Assembly (NCBI RefSeq): GCF_022539665.2
Contig: NC_081332.1
Coordinates: forward strand, 3,658,001-3,722,000
Reading direction: 5' to 3'
Source of the DNA: Daphnia carinata
Lineage: Eukaryota
Length of the DNA stretch: 64,000 nucleotides
The translations under genes and the position numbers were made by a program. The notes beneath the pieces were generated by a model. It saw only the letters and a list, made by a program, of their open reading frames with translations, had not been told where the DNA came from and ran no database searches. Shown piece after piece: positions 42,689 to 54,188 of the stretch; position 1 is the first letter of the stretch, and every line of letters starts with the position of its first letter.

Positions 42689-45600
42689 CGTACTAGCAAA
42701 AACACTGGCTCACCAACAACACCAGCAATCTGCTGAATATGAAAAAAAAAAGGAATTCACGATCAATAACATTTGAATACAAGCAACAAAAATCTGATGA
42801 ACGACAATGCGATAGAACTACAACCGCCAAGGCTGTTTCTTTATTGTTTTGTTATCATCGAAGGGATTCACGCATGTTTCTAAACGTTCATTTCTCTTCA
42901 CGGAAAAAGGCAAGAGACACACTTGTATTATTGCCATGATGTTACAACCCAAGCCTATCGTCGTCTTTTTCCTGTTCTCACGACGCCGATCCGTCTCTCT
43001 GTGTGTGTTTGCGCTCCCCGGGGCATTTGCGATTGGATTCCCGCGTGACGATGTGCGTGTTTCAGGGGTCCAATAATAAGATCAGTCGACGAAAAAGAAT
43101 AAGACCTCTGGTGGCACCACACCCCATCTCAAAACGATTATAAATCGAACAATTTTTTTTTTTTTTTTTTTGCTATTTCTTTGTAGCTGAACGGCCATCG
43201 TAAAAAAAGCAAAACACGCACACACGCAATAACCAGCTGTGAGGATGTGGGAAAAATTCAAAGTCAATGTCCTTGGGTGTACAACAATCGGAACAAATTG
43301 AAAACGAAAAAAAAAAAAAAAAATAAGAAAAAAATTGCGCAGCACCAAAAGAAGAAATTGCTGATTTTTCTTTCATTCATCGTCGGTCATTCACGTCAAA
43401 AAATGTTAATCCAATTTCGTTTAAATGGATAGTTCTCGTGCGCGTATGTTCTGCAGCACAGAAGAAATTCGCGATAATAAAAAAAAAAAAAAAAAGAATC
43501 TGGAAAATGCTAGAGGGCAAATGAACCGATTACCAGGTTAAAAACGTCCATCACACTAACAAAAGAGTGAATGCCCTCTCTGGTACATAATTTTGAAAGA
43601 AAGAGTTTTTTTTTTCTTTTTTATTTTTCACGGTTTAAAAAAAAAAAAAAAACGTCCGGCGGCGGAGGGTCTTTAAAAAAAAAAAAGGCGGCTTCCGCTA
43701 CTCACGGCTTGCATATGCATAACGGTAAAATTACTGGCTGCTCTTTTTTATTTAAAGAAAACAAGATTGGAATGTTACTACCATCAAAGAGGATGATATC
43801 CTCCTCGTAACACGGGACCACCGTGTGTTTTTTTTTCTTCTCTATTTTGAGTCAATGTTTCGTCGTTTCCGACATCCGACCTCTTGTCCCTCCACCCACT
43901 ACCCCCTACTGTGAATAATGCCTTTCAACGAAAGAGAGAGAGAGAACATTAGATAACAATAAAATAATGCATTGATTCTCCCCCACTTCTTGTTCGCTCA
44001 AACATAAAAGCTCATAAAAGAAACAAAATGTGTCTACCATAAACATTCTTGCCTTAACCAATTTCCATTTTGTTTTTTGTTTTTTTCCAAATTTTGCTGA
44101 AATATGCAACGGAATGTGTTTCTTCTTTTGTTTTTTGTTAGTTCAGGAAATATCTGCACACAATCCAACACGAAAGATGGAAATGAAGCAACAACGCTCC
44201 CGACAACTGTAAATACAAAAAAAAAAAATAGCTAACGGGGCATATTTTGTTTTAACGCAATGCAAATCCCATCTCATTTGAATATTCGGCGACATGTTTG
44301 ATTTTGTTGTTAGGACGACAATATTTTTCTTTTAAGGAGTTTGTGGAATGTTTTCTTTGGCTCAGGATGAACGCGTGTAGCCACACCTTCGTCTTCAATT
44401 TTCACGGCCTGTTTACGTGATCGTTTGGCGTTTCAGGGTGAACACTTTCGGGTTTAAAAATAAAACGCAAAAAAAAAAAAGAGAAACTGGGGGGAAAAAA
44501 ATCTTTGACGCGAAACCTTTCTGCGTGTTGTTTCGATAAAGAAGTAAAATTAAGAAAAATGATGATTACGACGTCGTCACGCTCGACACACGGAGGGAAA
44601 CGCCACGTTTGGCTTCAGCAAAACATTGGCTGAATTCAAATGTCGAAAATTGCTCAAATTGTTTGTCATTGACACACATATTCTATAGCGTGGCTCCGAA
44701 AACACAAAATAAATTTGCACATCAATAACTGCATTCAATTGTGCCGAATAAAATATAGGAAAAACGTGAAAATGGGACAACCAAAAAAGAAAATAAAATA
44801 AAGAAAACCGTTTGAATAATAATTTAATTACCGCGGGTTGAGCATCCATCATGCGTCTGAGCACTATACCGAAACAAAATTGTACGACAATAATAAAAGA
44901 CAAAGAAAGCTCTCGAAGGCCGACACTATAATTTAATGTCGCCCTAAAACTAAAGAATTTGGACGGCGGAAAGTAACGACCGACTCGGAAAATGACAACT
45001 TCCCTACTATTTTCACGCATCGACTCTCGTAGACGACATCGTCTTTCATATTTGATTTGTAATTCTCCACCGGAATGGCTTCCCCTTCCATTTTTTCTCT
45101 TAATACCATCACGAAAAAAAAAAAAAAAAAAAAAAAAAAAACTAAATAAAAAGACAGCGCCAGTGCGCGGGTTCGTTTCACGTTCAGGGGGCGGGTGGAG
45201 GTCCCTGTACATCATCGGCGTTTATTCGGGAGTGGACTAGACAGTAGAGACACATGAACGCCATGCATACATAACTAAGACGAGTTATTTTTCTTGTTTA
45301 ATATATTACACAAGCACAAAAAAAAAAAAGAGGGACCGCATTATATAGCCACGCCAAAAATCGAAGACGAACTCGAACGGAAAAATCAAACCTGTCCTTT
45401 TTCTCACAACATCACGTCACATTGAAACGGTAGCCGGTACCTGTGACCGACATACCAAAAAGATACAAAAAAAACAAAAAAAAAAACTACGCGTGATCGA
45501 AAAAGGAATGCAACCGAATCAATTCAGGAATTTTAATTTCTTTTGAGACATTAAAAAAAAAAAAAACCGCTCAAAGACCTACGAGTGTCACGAAACATGT

Positions 45601-48600
45601 GACGGACGCACCGTGTCACTCGCAGCGATCTGCAATCGAATCACGACAATTAGGTTGTTGTGGTGCCATCGCCGATACGAAAAAGAGAGAAAACCAGTCA
45701 CGCTCGAATAGAAACAAGAACGAAAGCTCCGCAGGACATAAGGAAACCCCATCGATTCTAAGTTGACTCGTTTTCTTCGTTTGTTACGTTACGAGACCGC
45801 AGAATCATTACAACATTGACCGTATTGAGACAGTTAATAAGGCTCACTCTAGGTGAGCTATTGTTGTTTGTTATTACTGCCCTAGTTTTTCCTCTTTTTT
45901 TTTTTTAAAGCTACTGTTTGAAATTTTAAAAAAAGAAAACAGTTGCTCAATCCTGTAGCAAACGTGCCACTCCCAAACATTCCACGTGCTCCCGAAACGA
46001 GAAAAGACGGGGTCATGCCTCTTTAAAAGGCATTAGCATATACGGTGTTGGCACTAAATCTTTAAAAACAACAAGAGAATCTTCCCGAAAAAAAAAAAAA
46101 AATAAAATCACCGACTATAATAAAACGAATTGAATTGTTCGTGCTCTACTTTTTCCTCTAGACATTCAATTCTCGTCGTACGGGAAAGTTTTTTTTTGTT
46201 TTTTTTTTTTCAATTTCTACACCGTTGGAGTGGAAAATGAAAATTTCGTGAGTTCCCTTTTGATGTTGAGGGGCGGGTCGTTTGATGATTCCAAAAATCT
46301 ACTCCTAGATTCACAAAAGTCACGCTCTTTCTAATTTCGCCAGCATAATCTTCACAATCTCTGTCAGCAGCAGAACAACAAAAAAAATAAAATAATGCGG
46401 AACAGGTGGTTGATTGCAAACTTCCATCTAGGACGTGCCCATTGTTATACTGGAAGTGTGTCCCACATCTTCGCTCGTTCGGGGGCTTCATCATTCGAAA
46501 TGATTAACTTCTTATGAATTAAAACAAGATGTTGGGCACAAAATCGACGCTAGAAATACTGCACAAAATAAATGGCCCAAAGCAAAACGAAAAAAAAAAA
46601 AATGCCGGCATATGTTGTCGCATCGATACGAACGGAGAGAAAAGAAGAAGAAAAAAAAAACCGCCATCGTTTAATTTTTTTACGATTGTCGATATTCCCA
46701 CCCTACTGGTATACATGTGTGTGTCTATTTCAATGATAATGACGAGCCCCGAGCGATTGAATACATGAGAAGAGCATAGAATTGTTGCTCGATTCAATTT
46801 CCCTTCACGACTAAAAGGAAAAACATTTTTGTTTTCTCACACAATTAAGAAGAAAAAAAAATGAATTTTAGTTTTTTCTTCTTGTTTCCTATCCGCGTGT
46901 AATAACACACTCGGCCCGTCCGTGTGAGCATTTGCGTCATAAAGACGAAGGACGATGAACATTTGTCTGCGATAGCTGCTGGATTTCCCTTTTTCCACCT
47001 TAAAAAGACAAAACCCACCCACCTTTCTATGATTCGTCATTAAAATATACAGCCCGTTCTTCCCTTTTCATCAAATTGAATCTTTTTAACTATAAACAAA
47101 AAAATAATAATGGATGAATGCCATTATGAGCACAAGAGGCATCCATCAACACACAAAAAGTGAATCTGTCATTCCAGTTGTTTCTTCTCTTTTGTCCGCA
47201 TGACGTCATCCAACGCACGTTTCAAACCTCCCCACAACAATTGGCTTATCCAGTTCACAACCCGTGTCTTCATGTGTTGCATGACTCGAGCCTATCTCTT
47301 ATTTTCAATAGCCCACGTCGAACTTTTCAATACAATTCGGCTCTAAACTCCCCCCCCCCCAGTGTAACTTTACAAAGCCATTCCCTTTTTTGGGGAGCTC
47401 TTCTATCTGTGAGAGACAGAAAATAGTGATGGCTATAGAGAAGTGAGGGTATATAATAATACCGGAATATTTAAACAATTCCAATGAGATGCTAGAGGGG
47501 GGAAATACAAGAGACAAAAAAAAAACAAATGATTTTTTTTCCCTCTGTTGTTGTTCTTCCCATGAAAGAATAAATGGGTGTTTTTTTTTTCTCTCAAGAC
47601 TTTCGAGGGGGGGGGGCGTCGGAGGTCAACACACATTCCTCAAAGAAAAAATAACCGCGAAAAAGAGAGAAAAAGATCTACGCTAGTCTCAAGAAAAAAA
47701 AAATGGAGGGGGGGGGTCATATCTATTAAAACTTTTCGAAGCCCCCCACTCCATTTCTTCTGAAAAGAGAAATCGAACACCGTACTATATTTTCCCTCCC
47801 AATAGTCAATCCAAATTTTCAAAAAGACCTCGAAAAAAAAAAAAAAAAAGAAAAGCAGGCTATTTGTTTTTCTCTAGAAATACAAAAGTCACTTGCCTTG
47901 GTAAAAGGTAAAAAAATGTCCAAAAATCCAGGTGAGAGTGAAAGGTGTTTGTTATGAGACTCCACTTTCGAGTGGCAATTAAATCCTACATCAAGTTCGA
48001 TTGGATATGGCGATATTTTTAACGTGCAAAGTGGTTGTCTTTGAATCACACACACACACACACACACACACACTACATTGGTGGCAAATCAAGTTTCAAA
48101 CCAAAAAATAAGAAATCACGCCCCCCAAAAAAATGTATGGGTTAACGTGAAAACGTGTCACTGACGGGCTACACGCACACACAAACCGATTAAAAAAGAT
48201 CACCAACTGCCGGACTGTCGCACTGCAAAGCCAAGATCACACTGAAGACTTAAAGACTTGGAGTTGCATACAAGAAGGATAAAGAAACGAAGAAGAAAAA
48301 CCGCCGGCAGTTTCTCGTGCCTTTGTGCGTGCGTTGTTATTTTTCTCTCTTTCTCTCACCTTTCCATTCTTCCAATTTTTTTTTTTCTTCTTCTGCTTTC
48401 CTTCGCAAAGGAACAGGTAAGAAGAGAGAAAAAAAAAGGATAAGAGATAAAACAGAAAGAACTTTTCGGAAGGTGGTAGGTAGGTATACAAGGTGTTCTA
48501 CGCCCTGAGGCAACACACGGGGCACACCAAAAAAAGGGGGGGGAGAGGACCAAACAAGTTGAACCTCTCAACAAAATGACGAACACTATACGCGAACATT

Positions 48601-51456
48601 CCATCAAGTCGGCCCCCCCCCCCCTTAACAGTCTACTAGAAACTCAGGAAGAGTACACGGCCAAATAATAGATACGGTACTCGTTCGGGGAAATGTTTTG
48701 TGATGACACCACTAATAAAACAAAACACACAAAAAAAGAAACGGATGATTTTTTCTTTGACGAGTTTTCCGGTTGTTCGGGCAAGTTAAAAAAAAAAGAG
48801 AGACAAAGGTGATGCGTCATAATCGTGACTTTTATCGTCTGCTTTTTTTTTTCGTTCAATCGGAAAACTATCTCGTGGCAACACCCCAACATTTTCTAGT
48901 TAATCAAATCAAGCAAGGATTAAAAAAAAAAAAAACGTTTTGAAAAGACTGGAATTCTTTTATGATGAGACAAATAAGCTTTAAACAATGTACCGCTTGA
49001 TTAATTATCAAAAAAAAAAAAGGAAAACGCTTTTCGCTTGGGATCTTTTTCGACATTGGTTACCATCCCATTTCGTTTTGTGTGTTCAATGACCCCTTAG
49101 GTAAAAGAAGAGGAAGCCACGGGTGTAGTTTTCTCTTTTTGAATGTTTGTACCCGGTAAAGGAAAAATAAATAAAGGTTTCACAAGAGTTAAAAAGAAAT
49201 ACCGTGGACCCCGAACGCCAAAACGCTCGAGACCCGTGCTTGGAGATGTTACGTTCGCTAGGAGCAAAAACAGAAAGGAATACAAGAAAAAGGGATGATG
49301 ATCACGATGCCATCATCTCATTTTTCAGGTAACCCAACCGTCCGTAATGAGGTTTGAAAACAGTCAAAGAAAACACACCGGTTCAATGATGATGATAAGC
49401 GGACTGCTGCTGGGCTAAAGAAATAGGTACGCTATTCTTTTTCTTTTCTATTCTTCTAATGTTCAAGTGTAGCAGACGAACGTTAATGAAGGTGACTGGC
49501 TCGTTTTCTTTATCTCTCTCTTTCTCGGATTTTTACGACAACTGCTTGGAAAATGTACTATATCCTTTTTCTCACACGTACCGTGTCCAACCTTGAATAG
49601 GCCGCAAACCTGACACCGCAACTACCGGCCCTCCCGATTTTCACGCGCCCCTTATTCCTCGATAAGGAAATTGGCCGTTCTTTTGTCTTTTATTCTTTTC
49701 CTTTTGCTTCTTTCCGTTCCGTCTCCGATGAAAGAATCTGAATTGCCAACGGCCAATGTCCCCCGTGTGATTGATGGCTATTAATCCGTTCCTTCCATCC
49801 AGAAAAAGAAATAAAATTCTTGTCTTTGAATATTCACGGGCGGAAACATCACGTGTCTCAACATCCTATAGGAATCGCTTTGCGTGACCGCTACGCTTCT
49901 TCAAAGATCATCTCTTAAATGCCTGGCGGCATTAGACGGCGCCTCGTCAGAGCCATCTATCGACGCCCATATTCACAGACATTCCAAACCGCCCGTTTTG
50001 AATCGGCACATTCATCAGTCAAACGTGATGCCAAAAATACCGACAGCAACAAAAGGGAGGAAAACAGCTAATCAGGACAGACATGAAATTCATCCTCATC
50101 TATAGCATGAGCTCTGGTCATCAAATCAAACATTAGATAATTCCTCGGACGTACCTGTATTTATGGGACAATGATGGCGAGTCGTTCACGATCTCCTCGT
50201 TCAGAAATGCCCGCCTCCTTCGACAACATCAGGTAAAACGTGGATGCCCATTATCTTCCACATTTTTCCTCCTTTTACCTGTAATCATATTCAATGAAAA
50301 ATGTTAAACTTGTGGGAAAGAAAATCAATTTAGGTACGTTCCTCAGAGCCAGACACAATAGATTTGAAAATGGTGAAGAACTGCAGATCATTATGTTGCA
50401 TATTGATTGCATTACTCATTAGATGTCTATAACTAGCCAAGGCATGCTTGCTGTTGAGGAAACACACAACTACGTGGAAATGTGAAACAGAAAGGTTGAT
50501 CCTACGGGGTCAAAGGCTGAGCAACCCAAGTGCTGAAAATTTCACACACATTGTCAAGTGATGAAGAATCAATCCATCAAGAAAATGAAAGGATGTACAA
50601 TTGCAGCCAAATTCACAGCAACACTTTCAAGAACGATTATATCTTTTTGCTACGAACACTACTACAGTGATGAGCAAAATTGCAGGAGAGGACACAGTCA
50701 GTGAATATGAAGAATGGTGCAGAAAACCACAGCATGCTAAGGTAAATAATCCCCCTTGAGCCAGTTTCAATACTAAATCATGTTCGTTCCACGTGGTCGA
50801 ACATGCTGGAAAAGGCTCGTATCTCTCTCTCGCCTTAGCGGATTCTTGTTACGACAACTTACGACGTACAACCACCTATAATGTCATTAAACGTGGTTTT
50901 CCACGTGTAACTGCTTACAATCAAGGTAATTCACATGCAAACATGTGAATATATATTTACCTCCATACGCAGATAACTTTTCAACGTGTCTTCGCAACAG
51001 CAACCTCGACGACGTGTGTCGCCGGACTCGGCGCCAAAACTACCCAAAGGCAGCAGCGCCAATTTTCCTTATTGGATTTTCAACCTCTATAAATTTATGT
51101 AACTGTTTATACTTTGTTCTCCTTTATTCAAAAGAATCGTATAACGGTAGAACAAAAATTACTTTTTTTAGCATCGGCGATTTATGCAAAATAAATTTCA
51201 TTTTGTATGTGTGTGTGCCACATATTTCATCGGACATCGCAGCATCCGTAGGCATGCGCCATTGAAATGCATTTTCTCCCCCCTCCTCCTCCTTATTTTT
51301 TTTTTCTCTCCTGAGTTGTTGAACTGCTGCGTATTATTGATCTGGTCCATCCCAAAACAGCAGATGGCTCCAACGGCTGAATGATCTGTGTAACGCCCAG
51401 TGGGGTTCGCCGTGTCTCTCTCTGTCTCGAACTATTTCGAAAATACGACTTTCATC

Positions 51457-53135
51457 ATGGAAAGCCAACACATTATTTACATCTTTGGTCAATGTCTTAT
51501 TGTGCTTCAAGGTAAGTTTACATCGAGTATCCTTCTAGTATACCATACACTTATTTATGTGTAGACCTGACTTCTCCTGTTATTTGCAGCCATTTTTTTC
51601 CTCAGCATGGTCGACGCAGCAGCCGACATGTCGACAACCCTTCCACCAAATTTTGTCCCCGTGATCGGTAAATATGTCGACGTCTTCGTCATAACTGTAC
51701 AAACTCCTTTTTTTTTTTAAATTTCTTTGGGTGGGATATAATTTCGTTTTCTAAATTAGATGGCGCAGTAACAGAGAGACCAGCTGACCTGCCCGAAATT
51801 CTGGCCGTTCCTGACGCCAAGGGCCTGATCTGCACGTTAGCCAGTTTGGAGGCGACCGTCGTGATCTGGCCAGAAGGGGACGAATCACGCGAGGTGCGAA
51901 TCGAAATGCCTGATCGCGACGTGAACGTCTCGACCGTTCAAAATTGCTTCAACAATCCATCGTCATCGGTCAAACCACTTTTGGTAGTCACGTGGTCGTC
52001 GTCCTTTCAACTATGCTTCTACATCTCAAAAGTAAGTACCAATGTAAATAATGCGATTCAGCCACGTAATCCCGCCATCTATTTGTGTTATTCAAGATTT
52101 TCAAAATTGAATTTTGATTATATCTGTTTGTTTCCATTTGAGGACGAAACCAACTGGAATCTAGATCAAATCGTCTTCGCATTCAACACTTCAGAAGTTC
52201 CGCTCGGCTTCGCCAAAAGTACGCAGAATAAGTATAACTACACAAAGTCTTGTTAGAAAACTTCTGTTATTTGTTCTTTTTTATGCCCCCTCCGCCCTTT
52301 GCTTGTTTCTGTTTTTTCCCCTGTGAATACTTTACCTCCCTTAATGTCCTTTTTTTGTTTCACGCTCGAGGAGTATGTTGACCAGACGATTAGCGGCCGC
52401 AGCACGCCACTGTCTAGGCTGGCCGAGATAGTTTGTCATGCTGTCCGGGCGTAACTTACTGAGTAGCCTCGGCGTGCTGTAGTTCTCTAGTTAGAACAGG
52501 TTGATTTTGACGGATGACGTGAGTTTTCTAATAAATTTGTTTGTCTCATCACGCGTGAACAGGTGAATTGAGGACGTTTGGAAGCGAGGCGAATGCTCTG
52601 TCAGAACTGCAAGCCCCGCTTGGATCCTCCTATCGTTGTCTCTCTCCCAAGCAGTTCTCTTTACTACCGTTAGGTGGGAGCAGAGTTGTATTGGGCCAAA
52701 ATAAGAATCAAAATGTCCCAGACAAAGCTACTCTTCGTCTCGATAATTTCCAATTTCAGCCATTTCTCGGTGATCTGAAAGTATTTGGAGAAGGTCAGTG
52801 TATTTCATATTAATTTGACCATTGCTGTCTTGTGTTTAACTTTTTTTACTTTTTCTCAGAGGTTGTCTGCCGTGAAGATTTGATAACCCGACGTCATCGC
52901 CGTCGTCGAGATTCTAGCGTGACGATTGCGGTTGGCAGTTCCTTAGGTACGTTTTGTTGACAAACAAGCAAACCAACATCGAAACTAATGTATCCTTTGC
53001 ATTGTTTGGTTGATGGCTCGCTTCCTGGACATTCTGCATGCAAAATTAGCTGTCATTTCCGTCGTGACCGTGATGGGCTACGCCATTTTCCGTTACGTCA
53101 AGGTCAAGGCTGTCGGTTATGATACCATGCAATAA
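51457..53135 (+). CDS. LAMP-family (LAMP5/UNC-46-like) single-pass membrane protein, about 294 aa. Exons 51457-51511, 51590-51667, 51760-52031, 52143-52218, 52563-52793, 52860-52946, 53050-53135
   Basis: Hydrophobic signal peptide (MESQHIIYIFGQCLIVLQAIFFLSMVDA) and one LAMP-like domain with the hallmark APLGSSYRC, LRLDNFQFQPF and a terminal C-x-x-D (VVCRED). A TM helix (VTIAVGSSLAVISVVTVMGYAIF) is followed by a short tail ending GYDTMQ*, a GYxxPhi sorting motif. Phases are consistent over 885 nt. Confidence 0.82.
52377..52505 (+). ncRNA. Candidate structured intronic RNA (long rod-like hairpin), family unassigned
   Basis: Nested helices found by eye: GUUGACC/GGUUGAU, GAUUAG/CUAGUU, GCAGCACGCC/GGCGUGCUGU, AGGCUG/UAGCCU and CCG-A-GAUAGU/GCUGUC-CGG. 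No folding program was run. Confidence 0.35.
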
Positions 53136-54188
53136 TTGATTTAGTTCACAGAAAATAGTCAACAGCATCAGAACGCCATAGAGCTTCAGAAAAAGAGACA
53201 GTTTGATCAGCAGATCATTTTTTAAAAATGTTTTAAGTATTCGAAAGTTAAAAAGAGAATTACATATCATTTGTAATAATCAGATGTGCCACTCAGCAGT
53301 TAACCCAAGTCTTCCATGATCCGTATTAATTTTTAAGTAAATTAAATGTAATGTCCTGAAGTATTTACGCCTGGCCCATCCTATTTTGAATAGTTTTTTT
53401 TATAGGCTTTCCTCGTATTCTCTATCCTCGTATACGTTGCAGTGTGTATTGAAACGTCTAGACTGAATTCATACAAATTGTCATTACATGTATCACATGG
53501 ATCGTCGTATTAATCGCATATGTTTAAGTGGATATAGTAGGCTCTATAGAAATTACAAATTTTTTTTTTATGATTTTGTTTTCCTCCCACTGCACATAGT
53601 CTCACCCCTTTATGCCAGAGTCTACAAATAATTTGATTTTCTTACCTCAAATTCTCGTTTTCCTTGTCCAAGTTTTGCTTAGTTTCCAATTTAATGGGAT
53701 TCTTTTTTATCACATTGAGATCGTCGCGCGAATGAGTGGACGAACGGAATATCCATGAAAAATGAGTATAACACCAAGAAGAGTTATATAGTGAAAAAGA
53801 GAGACAAGTTACAACGTCTTAAACACCTCAGACACTGATGGAATCCATCAGCGACAATAGAAAAGAGCTATTGCCGGGGGGTAACTAGTACACAATAATA
53901 AATTGGAGAAAAGTTTTCAAATCAAGAATGAACAACACGCACACACAATGATCCTGATATACAAAAACCCCCCGTCCATCAAGTTCACAAACAATTACAC
54001 ATATTTAAAACGAAAACAGGTGAAATTTTAGGCGAGTAAAACATAAAACCCATTTGACTGCACATAGAAAAAAAAAATTATAATAAAAGAAACATTATAA
54101 TATTTGACTGGGATTTGTTTAGAAATATTTTTGCCATTTTGTTGTTGTAATTTTCCCATGTTGGGATAATTAAAAAATGCATAAATAA

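Noticed and set aside
44577..45215. 212-aa minus-strand ORF upstream of sdt
   Set aside because: It contains poly-Phe from T-runs, has intron-like composition and shows no domain.
50300..50745. Complex-sequence island with a donor-like aag|gtaaat
   Set aside because: It has no ORF of 60 aa or more and no recognisable homology. It may be UTR or a transposon relic.
53836..53873. Two small adjacent inverted repeats between the LAMP and Six4 3' ends
   Set aside because: The stems are only 6-8 bp, which is expected by chance in 64 kb.
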